From Eledone cirrhosa (taxonomy: Eukaryota): 64,000 nucleotides of DNA. The translations under genes and the position numbers were made by a program. The stretch spans positions 89,218,001 to 89,282,000 of the forward strand of contig OZ024742.1 of NCBI GenBank assembly GCA_964016885.1. Reading direction: 5' to 3'. Shown one piece after another: positions 25,065 through 38,779 of the stretch. Below the pieces are notes generated by a model. It searched no databases. It saw only the letters and a list, made by a program, of their open reading frames with translations, and was not told where the DNA came from. The stretch's first letter is position 1; every line of letters begins with the position of its first letter.

Positions 25065-25810
25065 TTAGAGTTGGGTGTCTGTAGCAGTGTCATATGTGGT
25101 GGATGTATTTAAACGGTGTTCGTATTTTGTGATAAAGTATGATTGTTTTTTAATGCGCTGATTGAGGTTAGCGTTGTCTTTAAATTCATAGAGGGGAAAC
25201 ATTCTGAAGTTGAGTAGTTCATTAGCGGCGCAGATTCCAATGTGTTCACTCAGTGTTATTTTTATGTACTCCTGTATATTAATTTGGGATCTATGAACGG
25301 TCATATGCAGACGAAGCCTGATTTTAGTTTGTTCTATGTACAGCTCTGGACAGCCTGAGCAAGTTAATATATATAACAGCTTTTCTGATGCACATCTAAA
25401 ATAGCTTTTCACAGTAAAGCATTGACCCTGTTTGAAACAGAACTCCGATCCTTCTATTAGTTTGACGCATATACCACATTTGGGTCTTACGCATGTTTTA
25501 ACTGTTGGTTTCGTTGTTATGGTAGGTGTGAATTTTGGTCTGTGTTAGGTTATTTTTCATTGACTTGGGTTGTCGTTTGCTCTTTATGATGTGCGTTTGA
25601 AGGATTTGGTTCATTCTATGATCCTTTTTTAGAAAAGGAAAGTTCTGGAGGATAGTGTCGAAGAGCTCATTGTTTAAGAGGTTGTGTGTTGACATCCTTA
25701 TTGAGATAACTAATAACAGAATAGAAACAGACAATAACTATATGCCCATGAACTCCAAGCAATCTGATAAAATATATTACCAGACAAGAACTGGAATCGA
25801 TATTATTGGT
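25065..25810 (-). mobile_element. Penelope-like element fragment (RT C-terminus + GIY-YIG endonuclease)
   Basis: TCVRPKCGICVKL..FRCASEKLLYILTCSGCPELYIEQTKIRLRLHMTVHRSQI. Confidence 0.85.
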
Positions 25811-26535
25811 TTTCTCTTAAATTTCTTATACATATAATTCCACAAGTATTCCACACACACATATTTCCATACATAGAAAAATGACTCCATCATTTCTGCA
25901 AAGGAATTATTTTTTCTAGTAACGTTATGGAACTGCTAATTTAAGGGAATTTCCGTATTTCTATGAATTAATTTGTACGATCTTATCCAGAATGATATTA
26001 AATGCTTAATAGAACAATCAATTGCTTGCATAGAACAATCAATTGCTTGGAAATGAATTTCTTGTCGAAAGACTATTGAATTACTCGTTTTCCAGTGTCT
26101 TTGATGGTAGTAGATTAAAATTTGTAAATCTTATATTTTTATTAAGAGATTAAAAAGAACAAAACAATATCAATAATATATTTCTAAAACAGCTGTTTAC
26201 CTAGATGTCATTTGATCTTAGAACTTTACAGACTTAATCTATCCCTCATTTGTGACAATGTTTTTTTCAAACAATTCACTCATTCTTATTCAAAATTCAA
26301 TCCAAGGACATTTATTTGAAGTGCTTTCATGTGTTTTAAAACGTGATAATATTATTTGAAACAATTCCAATTTACTATAAATATATACAATTAATGTTTT
26401 CACAGATAAAATCTGTCTGGTAATTAACTAATTAGCATTTCAATTAGTAATTTATGATTTTTGTCAACACCCGAAAATCGTGTATTAAGTTAGGCGCGTG
26501 AGAACGTGGGCTTCAAAACCTCTGTCCAATCGAAA
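25365..26535 (+). repeat. ~1.2 kb direct repeat, partner at 36318-37655
   Basis: Colinear high identity including non-coding flank; this copy has internal deletions relative to the partner. Confidence 0.9.
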
Positions 26536-27794
26536 GCACAATCTGTGAATGAGGCCTTTAGCTCTTAACTATAATATGTAACTCACCCCCAGCTGGAAAG
26601 TGAATTTCTGGGATTCTGTCCATTTTATTTGCTTTTATGTGGAGGAGTATCTCCAATCTGATCCCAGACCAGTGTTCTTCTCGTCTTCTAGGAATTTACT
26701 ACTAACGACCAGAGCCACGCAGATATGCTCTTCGGGTGGGGTACCGGGACACCAGACCGTTACTCTTTGTCTCCCTAAATAGGAAGGCAAAAGAATATAT
26801 TTGACGCTTCGAAAGGGAGTGTTTGACGGCTATGAATTTACACTTAAAAGCACTAAAATTCCCGCAAACAACTATACTCTTGCGATATGTTTCATGTCGG
26901 GCATTAAATATTCATGCTGAAAAGTTATGTTGCTTTTGCAGCCGTTTCTACATATGTATTATCATGGTTATTATAGTTGTTTATGTGGTGGTTGCCATGT
27001 TACTGATATTTATGCAGTTTGTTTCTAATATATTCCCTGTCATTGGAGCGGTGTTTGTGGTGTTGGTATTTGTGTTGTTATTTTTGGTTGTGTTGTTATT
27101 GTTTTCACAGTCCTGTGATGGCTGCGGTGGTATCAACAATTTCAACTGTGGGGAATTAATTGCATATATTTTATTTCCAGTGGTTTGTTGTTTTTTTTCT
27201 TGCTACTGCTGTTGCTATTGGGTTGTTGTGGACTTGTTGGAGGTGGTAGTATTTATTCACATTTGTTGTAGTATTTATTCACATTTGTATTTTGGTTGTT
27301 ATCCACAAATTATACCACTTTGTTTCCGAGTATTGTTGATGCATTTCTGTGCCACCACAACCTCTCTTCCTCAGATTGTCTCGGCTTTTTGAGATTTCAC
27401 TGAAAAGCATCGATATTTAACGTTCTCCTCCGTTTTACTCCGATTACCTCTACCGGGACGTTTAACTGGCCCAGGTCTTTTCTCTCATTATAATTTTTTC
27501 AAAAGTTCCTCTTTTTCTGTTATGTCGAAATTGAAAAGCGTTTGACTCTTTACCGCTGTGGCTGCGAAAGTACTCCTTTTGTTGCTATTTTTGTTGTTGT
27601 CGTTCTTTTTGGTCCTATTATTTCCTGTTGCTGATAGTGTTGTTGTTATTCGTGTTGTTATTGGTGATGTCGTTGTTGCTGTTGTTAGCGGTGTTGTTGC
27701 CGTTGTTGCTGCTATTGTTGGTGATGTCATTTTTGTTCATATTAGAGTTCTCAATATTGTTGGTGTTGACACTTTTGTTCATATTATTGTTCTC

Positions 27795-27885
27795 AATGTT
27801 GTTGTTGTTGTTGTTGTTGTTATTGTTGTTGTTGTTGTTGTTGTTGTTGTGGAGGTGGTGGTGGTGGTGGTGGTGGTGTTGCTGT
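27795..27885. repeat. (GTT)n/(GGT)n trinucleotide repeat
   Basis: Direct reading. Confidence 0.95.
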
Positions 27886-27994
27886 AGGGGATACTGTCTA
27901 ATGTGGTGGTGTTGTTCGTAATTGTTGTTGAGGTAGGGGCGGTGTTGCTTCGCACGACGTGTTACTTCAGGATTTCCAAATCATAATAATAATA

Positions 27995-28180
27995 ATTGTT
28001 TCTACTTTAGGCACAAGGCCAGCAATTACCCAGTGCACTACTGGTACTTTATTTTATCGACCCCGTAAGGATGAAAGGCAATGTCAACCTCGGCGGGATT
28101 TGAACTCAGATCGTAAAGGGACGTAACTATGCTGGAAAGCATGGCGTCCGACCCTCCACCGATACTGCCAATCCACCGCC
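27995..28180 (-). mobile_element. tRNA-derived SINE flanked by (AAT)n
   Basis: TTATCGACCCCGTAAGGATGAAAGGC..CCTCGGCGGGATTTGAACTCAG..GCCAATCCACCGCC. Confidence 0.88.
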
Positions 28181-31100
28181 ATAATAATAATAATGATTTC
28201 ATTTATTAGCCACAAGGGCCGACATGTAGGGGACAATACAAAGACAGGGACAGTGGGGATTTACAATAAGGTCGAGTAAAAGTGCACAATGGCAAGGCTA
28301 ATTTAACAATGAAGATATAAAAATATAAAATAACTATGCATAAATATAACAAAATAAATTCCCCGATAGTGGGTGGACGACCCTGGGGTGACTCAGGTAC
28401 CCCACCAAACCTGAACCACCCTGCGCTTCTAGGGCACCCAGGGAGAGCACCCCTCTCCTCAAGTTAGCTAGCCTATAGGCGCATGGTCAGAGTAGGCCCA
28501 TTCACACGGGCCATTCTCGCCACATTCATCCACCTTTTAGCAAATTTACTGGGGGGCAGCACTTCTCTCTCCTCCACCCTCACCTTCCTTTCCAGGTGAA
28601 ACTTGAAGAAGTTGATGAGGGATTGGCCGAATAGAAAAGTGTCTGTCTTCAGTCCTTTTAATCTGGTCCATCATATAACCTCTTTCACAACGGCCACCAG
28701 ACAGAGGAACATTTCCTGCTCTTCCTAACCTAAGGAAGGCGGCGGTTCAATCTTCACTATGGACTCAGCCGATAGCCGGATCGTTCCACACGCGACAGTA
28801 GCTGTTCGACATAACTCCACAAGTCAGTAATGCACGATCATTGGACAAGTGCGTGCAGAACGGTTTCGACGTTTTGTGCGTATCTTGGGCAGGTCCGTCA
28901 GACAGCACTTCCGTGCCTTTAGAGTTTATCCCCAACCGGCAGTGCCTCCCGGTAGCACTGACAAGCGAGGGATTCTGGAAATTGTCCATCGTCCCCGGCT
29001 CGAAACTTCTCCGGTCCTCTGGTCAGTTCGACTTCGTCGAGGCCCAAAGCTTCTCCGAGTGCGTCATCGCACTTGCCCACCACTAATCCTCTATAGAACT
29101 CGAGAGTGGAAGTTCCACTGATCGCATTGCCGCTTGGTAGAGGGCAGTGAGTGCCTGGCAACATTCCAGGTGCCAGTCACCCAATCTCGGTCTCTACTTG
29201 ACCCAGGACTGCAGCTCAGTCAAAGAAACGAGCTGCGAAAAGGCCCATCTGATAAACGGCGACCACACCTGTTCACCGTTTAGGCAGAATATCTGGAGAT
29301 GTCGCAGCCTCAACGCATGTCTGCGCATCATTAGCGACGGCATGCCCAGCCCTCCGCATAGAGAGTGCTGGCATCAGATGGACCGCCTCACCAACGGAAC
29401 TTGTCCCCTCCACAAGAATTTGAAGAGGAGCCGTTCCAACTTGATGAGGCACGGACGAGGGCAAGGCACGATGGTCAGGCGGTAGTAGATAACGGATGCG
29501 ATGTACGCATTCGCCACCTCCGCGCGACCTTTCAGTGATAGCTTCCTCCCAGCCCATTTTTGGGTGAGACTGGCTACTCTGCTCGTTATTTCGTCCTAAT
29601 TCTTTTCCACCTGCAGGTCTGGTCCAAACCAAACTACAAGCAACTTTACCGGTCCGTCCGTCCAGCGCCCCACGACCCTGTTGGACGGCATAGGCTTGCC
29701 TCTCTAGGTTCCGAGCTGCAAGCCCACCGACTTTTCCCGGTTAAGTTTGGCTCCTGTCAACCTTTCATATTCCTTCAATAAGGTGCCGACCACCTCGATT
29801 TCTGAGGTGTCCGAACCATCACGGTGATGTCGTCCGCATAAGCCGACACCGCCTTTCCACGTCCCGGTTCGAGCGGGATGCCCTGCAAGAGCTCCAGCTT
29901 CCGCAGTAAAGGCTCTAGAGTATATACGTACAGAAGGGAAGAGAGAGGGCACCCTTGACGGACCGATCAGGAGAGCTGAAATGGTTCCGAGAGGTGGCCA
30001 TTAACCTTGACCACCGAGCGTGTGCCGCTGTGCATTGCAGCGATCCAGCTTCTGAAGACAGGGCCGAAGCCAGCCGCTTTGAGGACAAACTCTAGATACC
30101 GATGGTCGACCCTATCGAATGCTTTCGATTGATCTAAATTGATCAATGCCCCACCGAAGCCAGGTTTACACCCTACCCTCTCTATGATGTTTCGCATGAG
30201 GTGGAGATTGTCGTGTATGGACCTGGGTGGGATTGCGCATGTTTGCGCCTCCCCAACCAAATCCTCGACGACAAGCGCCACTCTCTTTGCTAACACCTTG
30301 GCCAAAATCTTAAACTCTGTGTTGAACAGAGTTATGGGCCTGAAGTTGTCTAATGTATCCCTCTTGTTCTCGTCTTTCCTTATCAGCGTCACCACTCCCA
30401 TTCTCACAGATCTGGGATTACTCCCATTCTGCTGCCAGTTGCAGTAGAGTGCTTCGAGGAGATCGGAGAAAAAGTCTGGCATATTTACGTAAAGCTCGTA
30501 GGGCAGGCCATCCAAACCGGGTAACTTGCGCTTCATGCAGCCGACAAGTGCGTCCTGAATTTCGGCTGAAGTAGTCGGCCTTTGGCAGCGCTCAGCGTCG
30601 ACCGTCGAGATGCGCGGCAAGCCGTCAAGATAGGGACTGAAATCTGCTACTCTCTCTGACTCGCCACTCTCCCCGAACAACCGAGCAAAGTGCTGGCGAA
30701 AGGCCTCACGCATCCACTTGGAATCGCTTATCTCGTGTCGGTCTCGGTCCGCCAAAGACCGAATTGTGGTTTTATTACTACGCTGCGCCTCCGCCATGGG
30801 GGCCCATCGAACAGCTTTGATTTCCTCGTTTCTCAGCGCACGCGCCTTAGCTCTGACAATGCAACCTTCGAGTTTCGCATTGAAGAAATGGTCTAATGCC
30901 ATTCTCGCCGCTAGCACGTCAGTTGAAATGCCACTACAAATAGCCTCGTCTCAGTTATGTACCAGCTCCCCCTCCTTTCTATTTTACTCTAACGCTAGTT
31001 CTTTGCTGAACTCTAGCGAAGTTTCTCTAATCTCTCTTTTGAGCCCCCCCCCCCCCCCCCCCCCCCACACACACACACCATCTGTCAACTTTTGCTTAAC

Positions 31101-31725
31101 TAAATTGTTGATTCAGTCCCTGTAAGCCTTACGTGCTGGAAATTACATGTTCAGCTTCCAGTAACCCGATCCCAACCTACGCGTTTTATCTAGGTCAACC
31201 ATACAGATCACAAATTTGTGATCTGAATAGGCGACCGTTTTAAAAAGTGGGCAGTCTACACTATTTCTATTTATTTTCCTTATGAAGATCCTGTCTATAT
31301 ACGATCTAGATGATCCATGCGGTTGGTCCATGTCCATACTGGCGTATTGGGGAAATCTAGTCGATACCTGTCAGACAGTTGGAACTGGCTGATTAGGTGC
31401 TTGAGGCTTTTGCAACCCCCCCCCCCTCCTCTATCAACTACTCCCACACAATCCCAGCGTGCGTCTAAGATGCCATTCCAGTCCCCCGCTAACAGTAAAG
31501 GGCGAGACGTACCCAGAAAGGTTTCCAGGCGCCTAAAGGAGTCCGGTCGCCCGGCCCCTGTAGGGGCGTAGACGGCCAGCAGTCTAAAGGCACCACCTTC
31601 GCTACTGCTCACATCCAAGTCCACCAACCTACCGTCCGGGTCCCGGAAGATCGACCTTACCTCGAGATCCAGTCCTTTCCTAAACAGCAATTCCACCCCA
31701 CCTTCCCATTCCCAGGCTTCTAACA
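28181..31725 (-). mobile_element. Tx1/L1-clade LINE, 5'-truncated, frameshifted ORF2 (AP endonuclease + reverse transcriptase) with 3' UTR and (TTA)n tail
   Basis: APE motifs AVYAP, LAGDWN, YIDRIF, SDHK, GYWKLN. RT motifs PGLDGLPYELY, NFRPITL, LDQSKAFDRVDH, VRQGCPLS, AYADD. Confidence 0.93.
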
Positions 31726-32375
31726 GATGCAAAGATCTGATAGTCGTCGAAAATGGGGAGATAAGTAAGAAACAATGAACCACATTGTTTCTGGATGCCC
31801 AGCTCTAGCCAAAAAGATATATATCCACAGCAGGATAGAGTTGGAACCTTCGTACACTGGAAGTTATGCAAGCATTATGAAATACCAACAGAAAAATGAT
31901 GGGACAAACTCACACAAGAAAAAGTGTTAGAGAATGAAAAAGCAACTATTCTCTGGGATATGCCAATACATACAGACAGAAAGCTCAAAGTGAACAGACT
32001 AGATATTATAGTCAAGGACCACAAAGAAAAGAAAAAAGCCTTTTAATATATGTATCAATCCCCACAGAAAATATATCTTCCAAAGAAGTGAAGAAACTCT
32101 CCAAATATAAAGATATAGAGATAGAAATAACTCGAATGTGGAAAATGAAAACTGAAACAATACCTATAGGGGGCTTTGGGAATGATAAAAACACACACAG
32201 ACAAATGCATAACCAAAACCACAGGACTTACAATTATATACAGCATATAAAAATAGCACTACTAGGCACTGCACACATATTACGAAAATAACTATCAATA
32301 CGAAAGAACAAGGCGTACAGAGCTGTGCTCGGTAAAGCAGTAATGATGCGCAAAAAAAAAATAATAAAAAATAAT
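31725..32375 (+). mobile_element. R4/Dong-type LINE 3' fragment (CCHC + restriction-like endonuclease)
   Basis: ETMNHIVSGCPALA..VHWKLCKHY..ILWDMPIHTDRKLKVNRLDIIVKD..KKLSKYKDIEIEITRMWKMKT..IALLGTAHILRK, followed by an A/AAT tail. Confidence 0.88.
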
Positions 32376-32399
32376 AAGAGTCTCTTTTTTAGCCATATA

Positions 32400-35014
32400 T
32401 GGCTCACATTAGGAAAATATTAGTGCCGGCACAGGACGATTCATTGTGCATTTTTGCGTTTAAAATTTGATATAACGAAATCAAAGAAACCCATAAAAAA
32501 TCTAAACAAAAACAAATTCTCCACTAGAGATATATTCGAGGGTCACTCGAGCAGAAAGCACAAAAAAAGACACGGTCCCCCTGATCGCCAGAGCAAGTGC
32601 CCCATCCCAGTTCTCCCAGTGCGCCACCGGAAAGGATGTATTGTCTTCCTGGATGCAACTGGTGGGACAGGAATAACTTTTGCTGGAGAAATGGGCGCCT
32701 GGCCATGATGTTGTACCATTGTTAATTCTGTGGAGGAGCTGAAAGACCAAGTGTTTCCGAACTTGACAGAAAATTACCAAAATCACAATTGGCTGTGAGA
32801 AAGAGCAATAATGGCTCCAAAAAACATCGCTGTTAATAAACTCAACGAACAGTTAATGTTGTCTATTACAGGAAATCTTCACACTTACAAGTCTGTCGAC
32901 ACAATCACATCACCGATCACAAGGAAGTGGAGAACTATCCTCCAGAATTTCTCAATTCATTGGAGCCTCCCGGACTACCTCCCCACATATTAGGACTTAA
33001 AGTTGGAACTCCTGTAATGCTGCTTAGAAATCTAGATTCGCCAAGTCTGTGCAATGGGACACGACTGGTGGTAAAGAAAATGATGTCTCATGTTATCGAG
33101 GCAACAATTCTTTCCGGATGTGAAAAAGGTGATGACGTCTTCATTCCAGGAATCCCTCGCATTCTATCAGGGGCGGAATTTCCCTTTTCATTCAGACGTC
33201 TGCAATTTCCAATTCGTGTCAGCTTTGCAATGTCCATTAACAAGTCCCAATGTCAGAGCCTGTCTGTGGCTGCACTTCTCTTGGATGAGACATGTTTCTC
33301 ATACGGACAATTGTACGTTGGGTGTTCCCGAGTGAGAAGCAGAGGAAACCTTTTCGCATTTGCACGACGCGGAAAAACAAAGAACTTTGTTTACAACGAG
33401 GTGTTATAATCAAAAATACGAGGCGCACAACGCTGATTATTTCTTATTTCCCTTGCTAACCAAAATCAGTTTCATTTGTCTTTCGTAAAAGCCGTCAGAT
33501 AAAAGATGCTCCAATGGTTAACATACGACGAGACAGTGAAAAGAGTAAGACCAAGTCATTTTCAAACGCGATACTACAAAATGTTTTCTGTTCAGTTACT
33601 ACTAATTCGTTGTTATCTGTACGTAATAAATATAATAGGTGACTCGATGGCTACTTATTTATTCCATCCTAGCACTTCTTCTCATTTGGGTTTTTCCTAC
33701 CAATCTCGAGCAACGCCGGGATTCACCTTTTTGTACGAACTCATTACATTTTTCAATTGTGTATAAGAGGAAAACCAACTTTAAAAAATCATTTTTGTCA
33801 ATAATTTCTACAGTTTACATCCTATTTCCTTCAAATTTGGAACAATCATGCATTATGTACCCGACTTTATTTTGTAGTCAACATTTTGTTTAGTGCACCC
33901 CGTGGACTAGATAAAACGAATCGAAAAAATCCGAATCGTTATAACGCTTACAGTTTGCGACCGATTTCCTTCAAATTTGGAACAACTATACCTCATGTAC
34001 CAAACATTATATTGGACTAACCGATTTTTCGAGTTTTTATCTGTGTGAGAAAAACGAAATTTAAAAAAGTATCGACATCAATATCTACACATACAGATAC
34101 ATATGTGATGAGAGACATGTGTGCGTGAATGTATGTCTGTGTGTGTCAGTCTTAGTATATGTATGTGAGTGTATGTGAGAGTGTATGTGTGTGTGAGTGT
34201 ATGTGTGATAATTTTTATTTTAACGTTAGGCCTCAGTATAGCCTTAGTAAGTTGCATACACATTATCTACACACACAAAGAAATAAACAAACACACATCT
34301 ACACATACAGATACACATATGATGACAGACAGATGTGCGTGAGTGTATGTCTGTGAGTGTCTGTCTTAGTATATGTATGCGAGAGTGTAGCTGTGCGTGA
34401 ATGTTTGTCTGTCTTAGGATATGTATGTGAGAGTGTATGTGTGTGAGTGTATGTGTGAGTGTATGTGTGTGAGTGTATGTGTGAGTGTATGTGTGTGAGT
34501 GTATGTGTGATAATTTCTATTTTCATTTGCATTAAAACAATAGAAAACGACACGCCTTTGTCAAATTTTGTATATGAATATGTAGAATATGTATATCTAT
34601 GAGTGTGTGTGTGTGCGCGTTCATTAGGTAGTAATTAAATACACACACACACTACATATATGTAGCAACTGACCAAAAATGAGGTGAAAGGTTATGCGTG
34701 TGTCTGCGTGAATGTATGTCTGTGTGTGTCTGCCTTAGAATATGTATATGAGAGTGTATCTGTGTGAGTGAGTAGCAACAATTTCTTCAATAGCAACAAA
34801 AAATTACACAATGAATATTGTTTACCCTAAGGTGCTTCAAGATTGACAGATTTTCATTTCTAAATTATATTATCATTACAATTTTGATATTTTAAAAATT
34901 AAATATAGATATTTTGAAATAATTATGAGAAAAAAAATCATATCTTCATATTTATTATTTATTAATCTGAATAAGAACAGCAGTAACCCAGACAGCGCCG
35001 GGTAATTCAGATAG
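32400..35014 (+). mobile_element. Non-autonomous Helitron (5' boundary uncertain)
   Basis: Helicase remnant, and 3'-type end CCCAGACAGCGCCGGGTAATTCAGATAG|T at ~34987-35014. An earlier end-like motif CTCGAGCAACGCCGGG lies at ~33705. Confidence 0.65.
32630..33409 (+). pseudogene. Helitron RepHel PIF1-type helicase remnant (internally deleted)
   Basis: [91 protein letters not shown]. Confidence 0.92.
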
Positions 35015-35110
<96 letters not shown>

Positions 35111-35127
35111 TATACTAATACTAGCTG

Positions 35128-35160
<33 letters not shown>
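35015..35160. repeat. (TA)n microsatellite
   Basis: Direct reading. Confidence 0.97.
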
Positions 35161-35162
<2 letters not shown>

Positions 35163-35991
35163 AGAAAAAAGAGAATCAGTGTTACGACGAAACGAAATTT
35201 TTCTGTGATATCATATTCTGCTCTATGAGAGCATTAAGTGCTCATACGGACGCTTTAAGCATCCAACACCAATTATATATATATATTAATATATATATAT
35301 ATATATATATATATGAAAAAGTGAGTCCTCATCAGTGACCCTCCAACCGTCCTCGGCATTTCATCGCTTTAAGGGCCATATGCCTCAGGTTGGTGCGAAC
35401 TACGGCTAAAAAAAGTCGTTGGGACAGGTAAATAAAGGGGGACATTAGAGTAACAACAAAAGGGTTATAGCAACGGAAAGTGAGTAGAAATAGACAAGTC
35501 CCAGATCTCTATGAATATAAACTCTGTGAAATCGTGAACAAGAGACGAAAGACCATCGAACCTGGTAGAAATGTGAGCAAGGAAATAATTTCGCCCAAGT
35601 TCGACAGGGGGGAAAAAGGAGAGAGAGAGAGAGAGAGAACGAAAACTGGTCTACGAATTCGGTAAACGCAAGTTTTGTGAAGTCAAAGACGAAAGAGAGA
35701 GAGAAAAAAAATGATTACCAGCTCGGTCAAGACTGCGCGAGAAAAGAATTGCACACCGGTCAAACTTGAAGGAGGAGGAGGAAAGAGGAGGAGGAGAGGT
35801 AGTGACAGAGAATGAGTGAGTGAAAGTTGAGGAGAGGGTAACAGAGAGGAGACTGCTAAAAGTGGTAGAGATACAAGGAACGAAACAGACAGGCAGCATA
35901 TATATATATATATAACGAAGGAGTTGTGGTAAGGAGCCAGATGAACCATAACGCACCAGAGTACTCAATACTTAGGGTAGTAGAGTGGGTA

Positions 35992-36115
35992 ATAGGAAAA
36001 TGTATGACTCTGACGGCAGAGCTGAACCCGTTTCGACGGCTATTTCTGGACTCCAGTCCAAGAATAGCCGTCGAAACGGCTTGAGCTCTGCCGTCGAGGT
36101 CATACATTTTCCTAT
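35992..36115. repeat. ~124-bp near-perfect palindrome
   Basis: ATAGGAAAATGTATGAC..GACGGCAGAGCT..CCGTTTCGACGGCTATT..TGGACT / AGTCCA..AATAGCCGTCGAAACGG..AGCTCTGCCGTC..GTCATACATTTTCCTAT. Confidence 0.9.
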
Positions 36116-36164
36116 ATGCATATATATATATATATATATATATATGTGTTGACTTAAATGGCAG

Positions 36165-36287
36165 GAGGAGGAGGAGAAGAAGAAGAAGAAGAAGAAGAAG
36201 AAGAAGAAGAAGAAGAAGAAGAAGAAGAAGAAGAAGAAGAAGAAGAAGAAGAAGAAGAAGAAGAAGAAGAAGAAGAAGAAGAAGAAG

Positions 36288-36317
<30 letters not shown>
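36165..36317. repeat. (GAA)n microsatellite
   Basis: Direct reading. Confidence 0.98.
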
Positions 36318-36318
<1 letters not shown>

Positions 36319-36830
36319 TAATATATATAACAGCTTTTCTTATGCACAACTGAAATAGTTTTTCACCGTAAAGCATTGACCCTGTTTGAAACAGAACTCC
36401 GATCCTTCTATTAGTTTGACGCATATACCACATTTGGGTCTTACGCATGTTTTAACTGTTGGTTTCATTGTTATGGTAGGTGTGAATTTTGGTCTGTGTT
36501 AGGTTATTTTTCATTGACTTGGGTTGTCTTTTGCTCTTTATGATGTTGTGCGTTTGAAGGATTTCGTTCATCCTATGATCCTTTTTTAGAAAAGGAAATT
36601 TCTGGAGGATGGTGTCGATGAGCTCATTGTTTAAGAGGTTGTGTGTTGACATCCTATTAAAATAACTAATAACAGAATAGAAACAAACAATAACTACATG
36701 CCCATGAACTCCAAGCAATATCTTCTAGTCAACTCAAGCCACCCGAGACACACTAGAATGAATATCCCTTTCAACATAGCCAAAAGGATTTGCAAAATAG
36801 TATTACCAGACAAGAACTGGATCGATATTA
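36318..36830 (-). mobile_element. Penelope-like fragment (paralogue of 25365-25810), truncated at (GAA)n
   Basis: Sequence match. Includes a short plus-strand Penelope RT piece (HPRHTRMNIPFNIAKRIC) at ~36735-36830. Confidence 0.8.
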
Positions 36831-37727
36831 TTGGCCCTCTCTCCTCCCGAAAACATTGTTGGATTTTTGCCTAAATTCGAAACCATCATTAAAACCACAC
36901 ATTATTGTTAAAGATCGTTTCAAAATATCTCTTAAATTTCTTATATATATTGTATACAAGTATTCCACACACTCATATTTCCATACATAGAAAAATAACT
37001 CCGTCATTTCTGCAAAGGAATGATTTTTTCTTCTGAAGCTGAATCGAGTAAATTTATCCAACTGCTATTTTTAGGGAAATTAAGTATTTTTAGAAATCAA
37101 TCTGCACGATCTTATCCAGAATGATATTAAATGTTTAACAGAACAATCAATTGCTTGGTAAACACAAATATTGGTAATGCATTGCTTGTCGAAAAACTAT
37201 TGAATCGTTCGTTTTCCAGTGTCTTTGATGCTAGTAAATTAAAATTTGTAAATCTTATATTTCTATTAAGAGATTATAAATAAGAAAACGATATCAATAA
37301 TATATTTCTAAATCAACTGTTTACCTAGATGTCATTTGATCTTAGAACTTTCCGGATTTATTAGCTCCCACATTTGTGAGGATGTTTATTTAAACAATTC
37401 ACTCATTCTTATTCAAAATTCAATCCAAGGATATTTATTTGTATTGCTTTCATATGTTTTAAAACGTGATAATATTATTTGAAACAATTCCAATTTACTA
37501 TAAATATATACAATTAATGTTTTCACAGATAAAATCTGTCTGGTAATTAACTAATTAGCCTTTCAATTAGTAATTTATGATTTTTGTCAACACGCGAAAA
37601 TCATGTATTCAGTTAGGAGCGTGAGAACGTGGGCTTCAAAACCTCTGTCCGATCTAAAGAATATACGTACGTACGTATGTATGTATGTTTGTGTGTGTGT
37701 ATGTGTGTGTACATATGTGCGTGTATG

Positions 37728-37763
<36 letters not shown>

Positions 37764-37771
37764 CGTGTATG

Positions 37772-37807
<36 letters not shown>

Positions 37808-38144
37808 CGTGTGTGTGTGTCTAGTGAAAAGTTAGTGCCGACGGCTGAGAACACGCAATATTCCATGGTGAAAGGATAAATGAATTAGTTTTTCAATTTA
37901 AGCTATATCCATACGCTATTTCATCAGAAGTGGAGATGTGTGTAGCAACAGGAGAAAAGGATGTAGATGAAGGATGGGTGAAGGTTACGGAGTTAACTAT
38001 TGGGGTGGAGGGAGAATCTCTTGCCGATAATCACCTAGTCGTGAAGGATCTGTCGCGATGTCTGTATCCATGTGCAGCCCCCTTCCTCGCGCTTTCATGT
38101 ATGTGATATATACACCCTCTTGATGGTGTGTGTGTGTGTGTGTG

Positions 38145-38236
<92 letters not shown>

Positions 38237-38779
38237 CGTGCGTTTGTGTGGATTTGCGTGGTTGTGTGTTCACTATGTGATGGTCGATAGGTGAAGATGA
38301 GTAACATTTAGGAAGGAAAGAAACTACTAAAATGTCGAAAACGAGGTCGGGAGAATCTGGTTTCGGGGCAAGTTGAAGGTAGTAAGTATCATCTCTTCCT
38401 GTTCTCTCTATACTGCGTCTCACTTTCCTTCATTGTAATATTTTTTTTATCATGGGTCACGTGTTAGTGTTGTTGTTATTGTGGTTGTTAGGACGTAGAT
38501 TACTACTATCAGTATATGTAGTCGAGCCAAAATCAAGCAACTCACGCGAGCGCACCACACACGCACTCATGTATTCGTCGATCGACGCACACTCGCACGA
38601 ACCGACACATCCCCAAGCACGACAGCACACAGTAGTACCATATAAACCCCGCAACTCCATTTGATCTGTGTGTGTTATGTCTGATGGGTCTGTGTGTCCT
38701 CTGTGTATGTTCATGTTGTTTCTGATAGGTACCACACACAGGTTAATCACAGCCCGACATCCACATATAGAAAGCCCAA

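Noticed and set aside
26823-27921. Hydrophobic 'membrane protein' ORFs
   Set aside because: They result from degenerate (GTT)n low-complexity sequence.
32927-33409. Host PIF1 helicase gene
   Set aside because: Intronless, internally deleted, with a stop and frameshift upstream and Helitron-type ends nearby.
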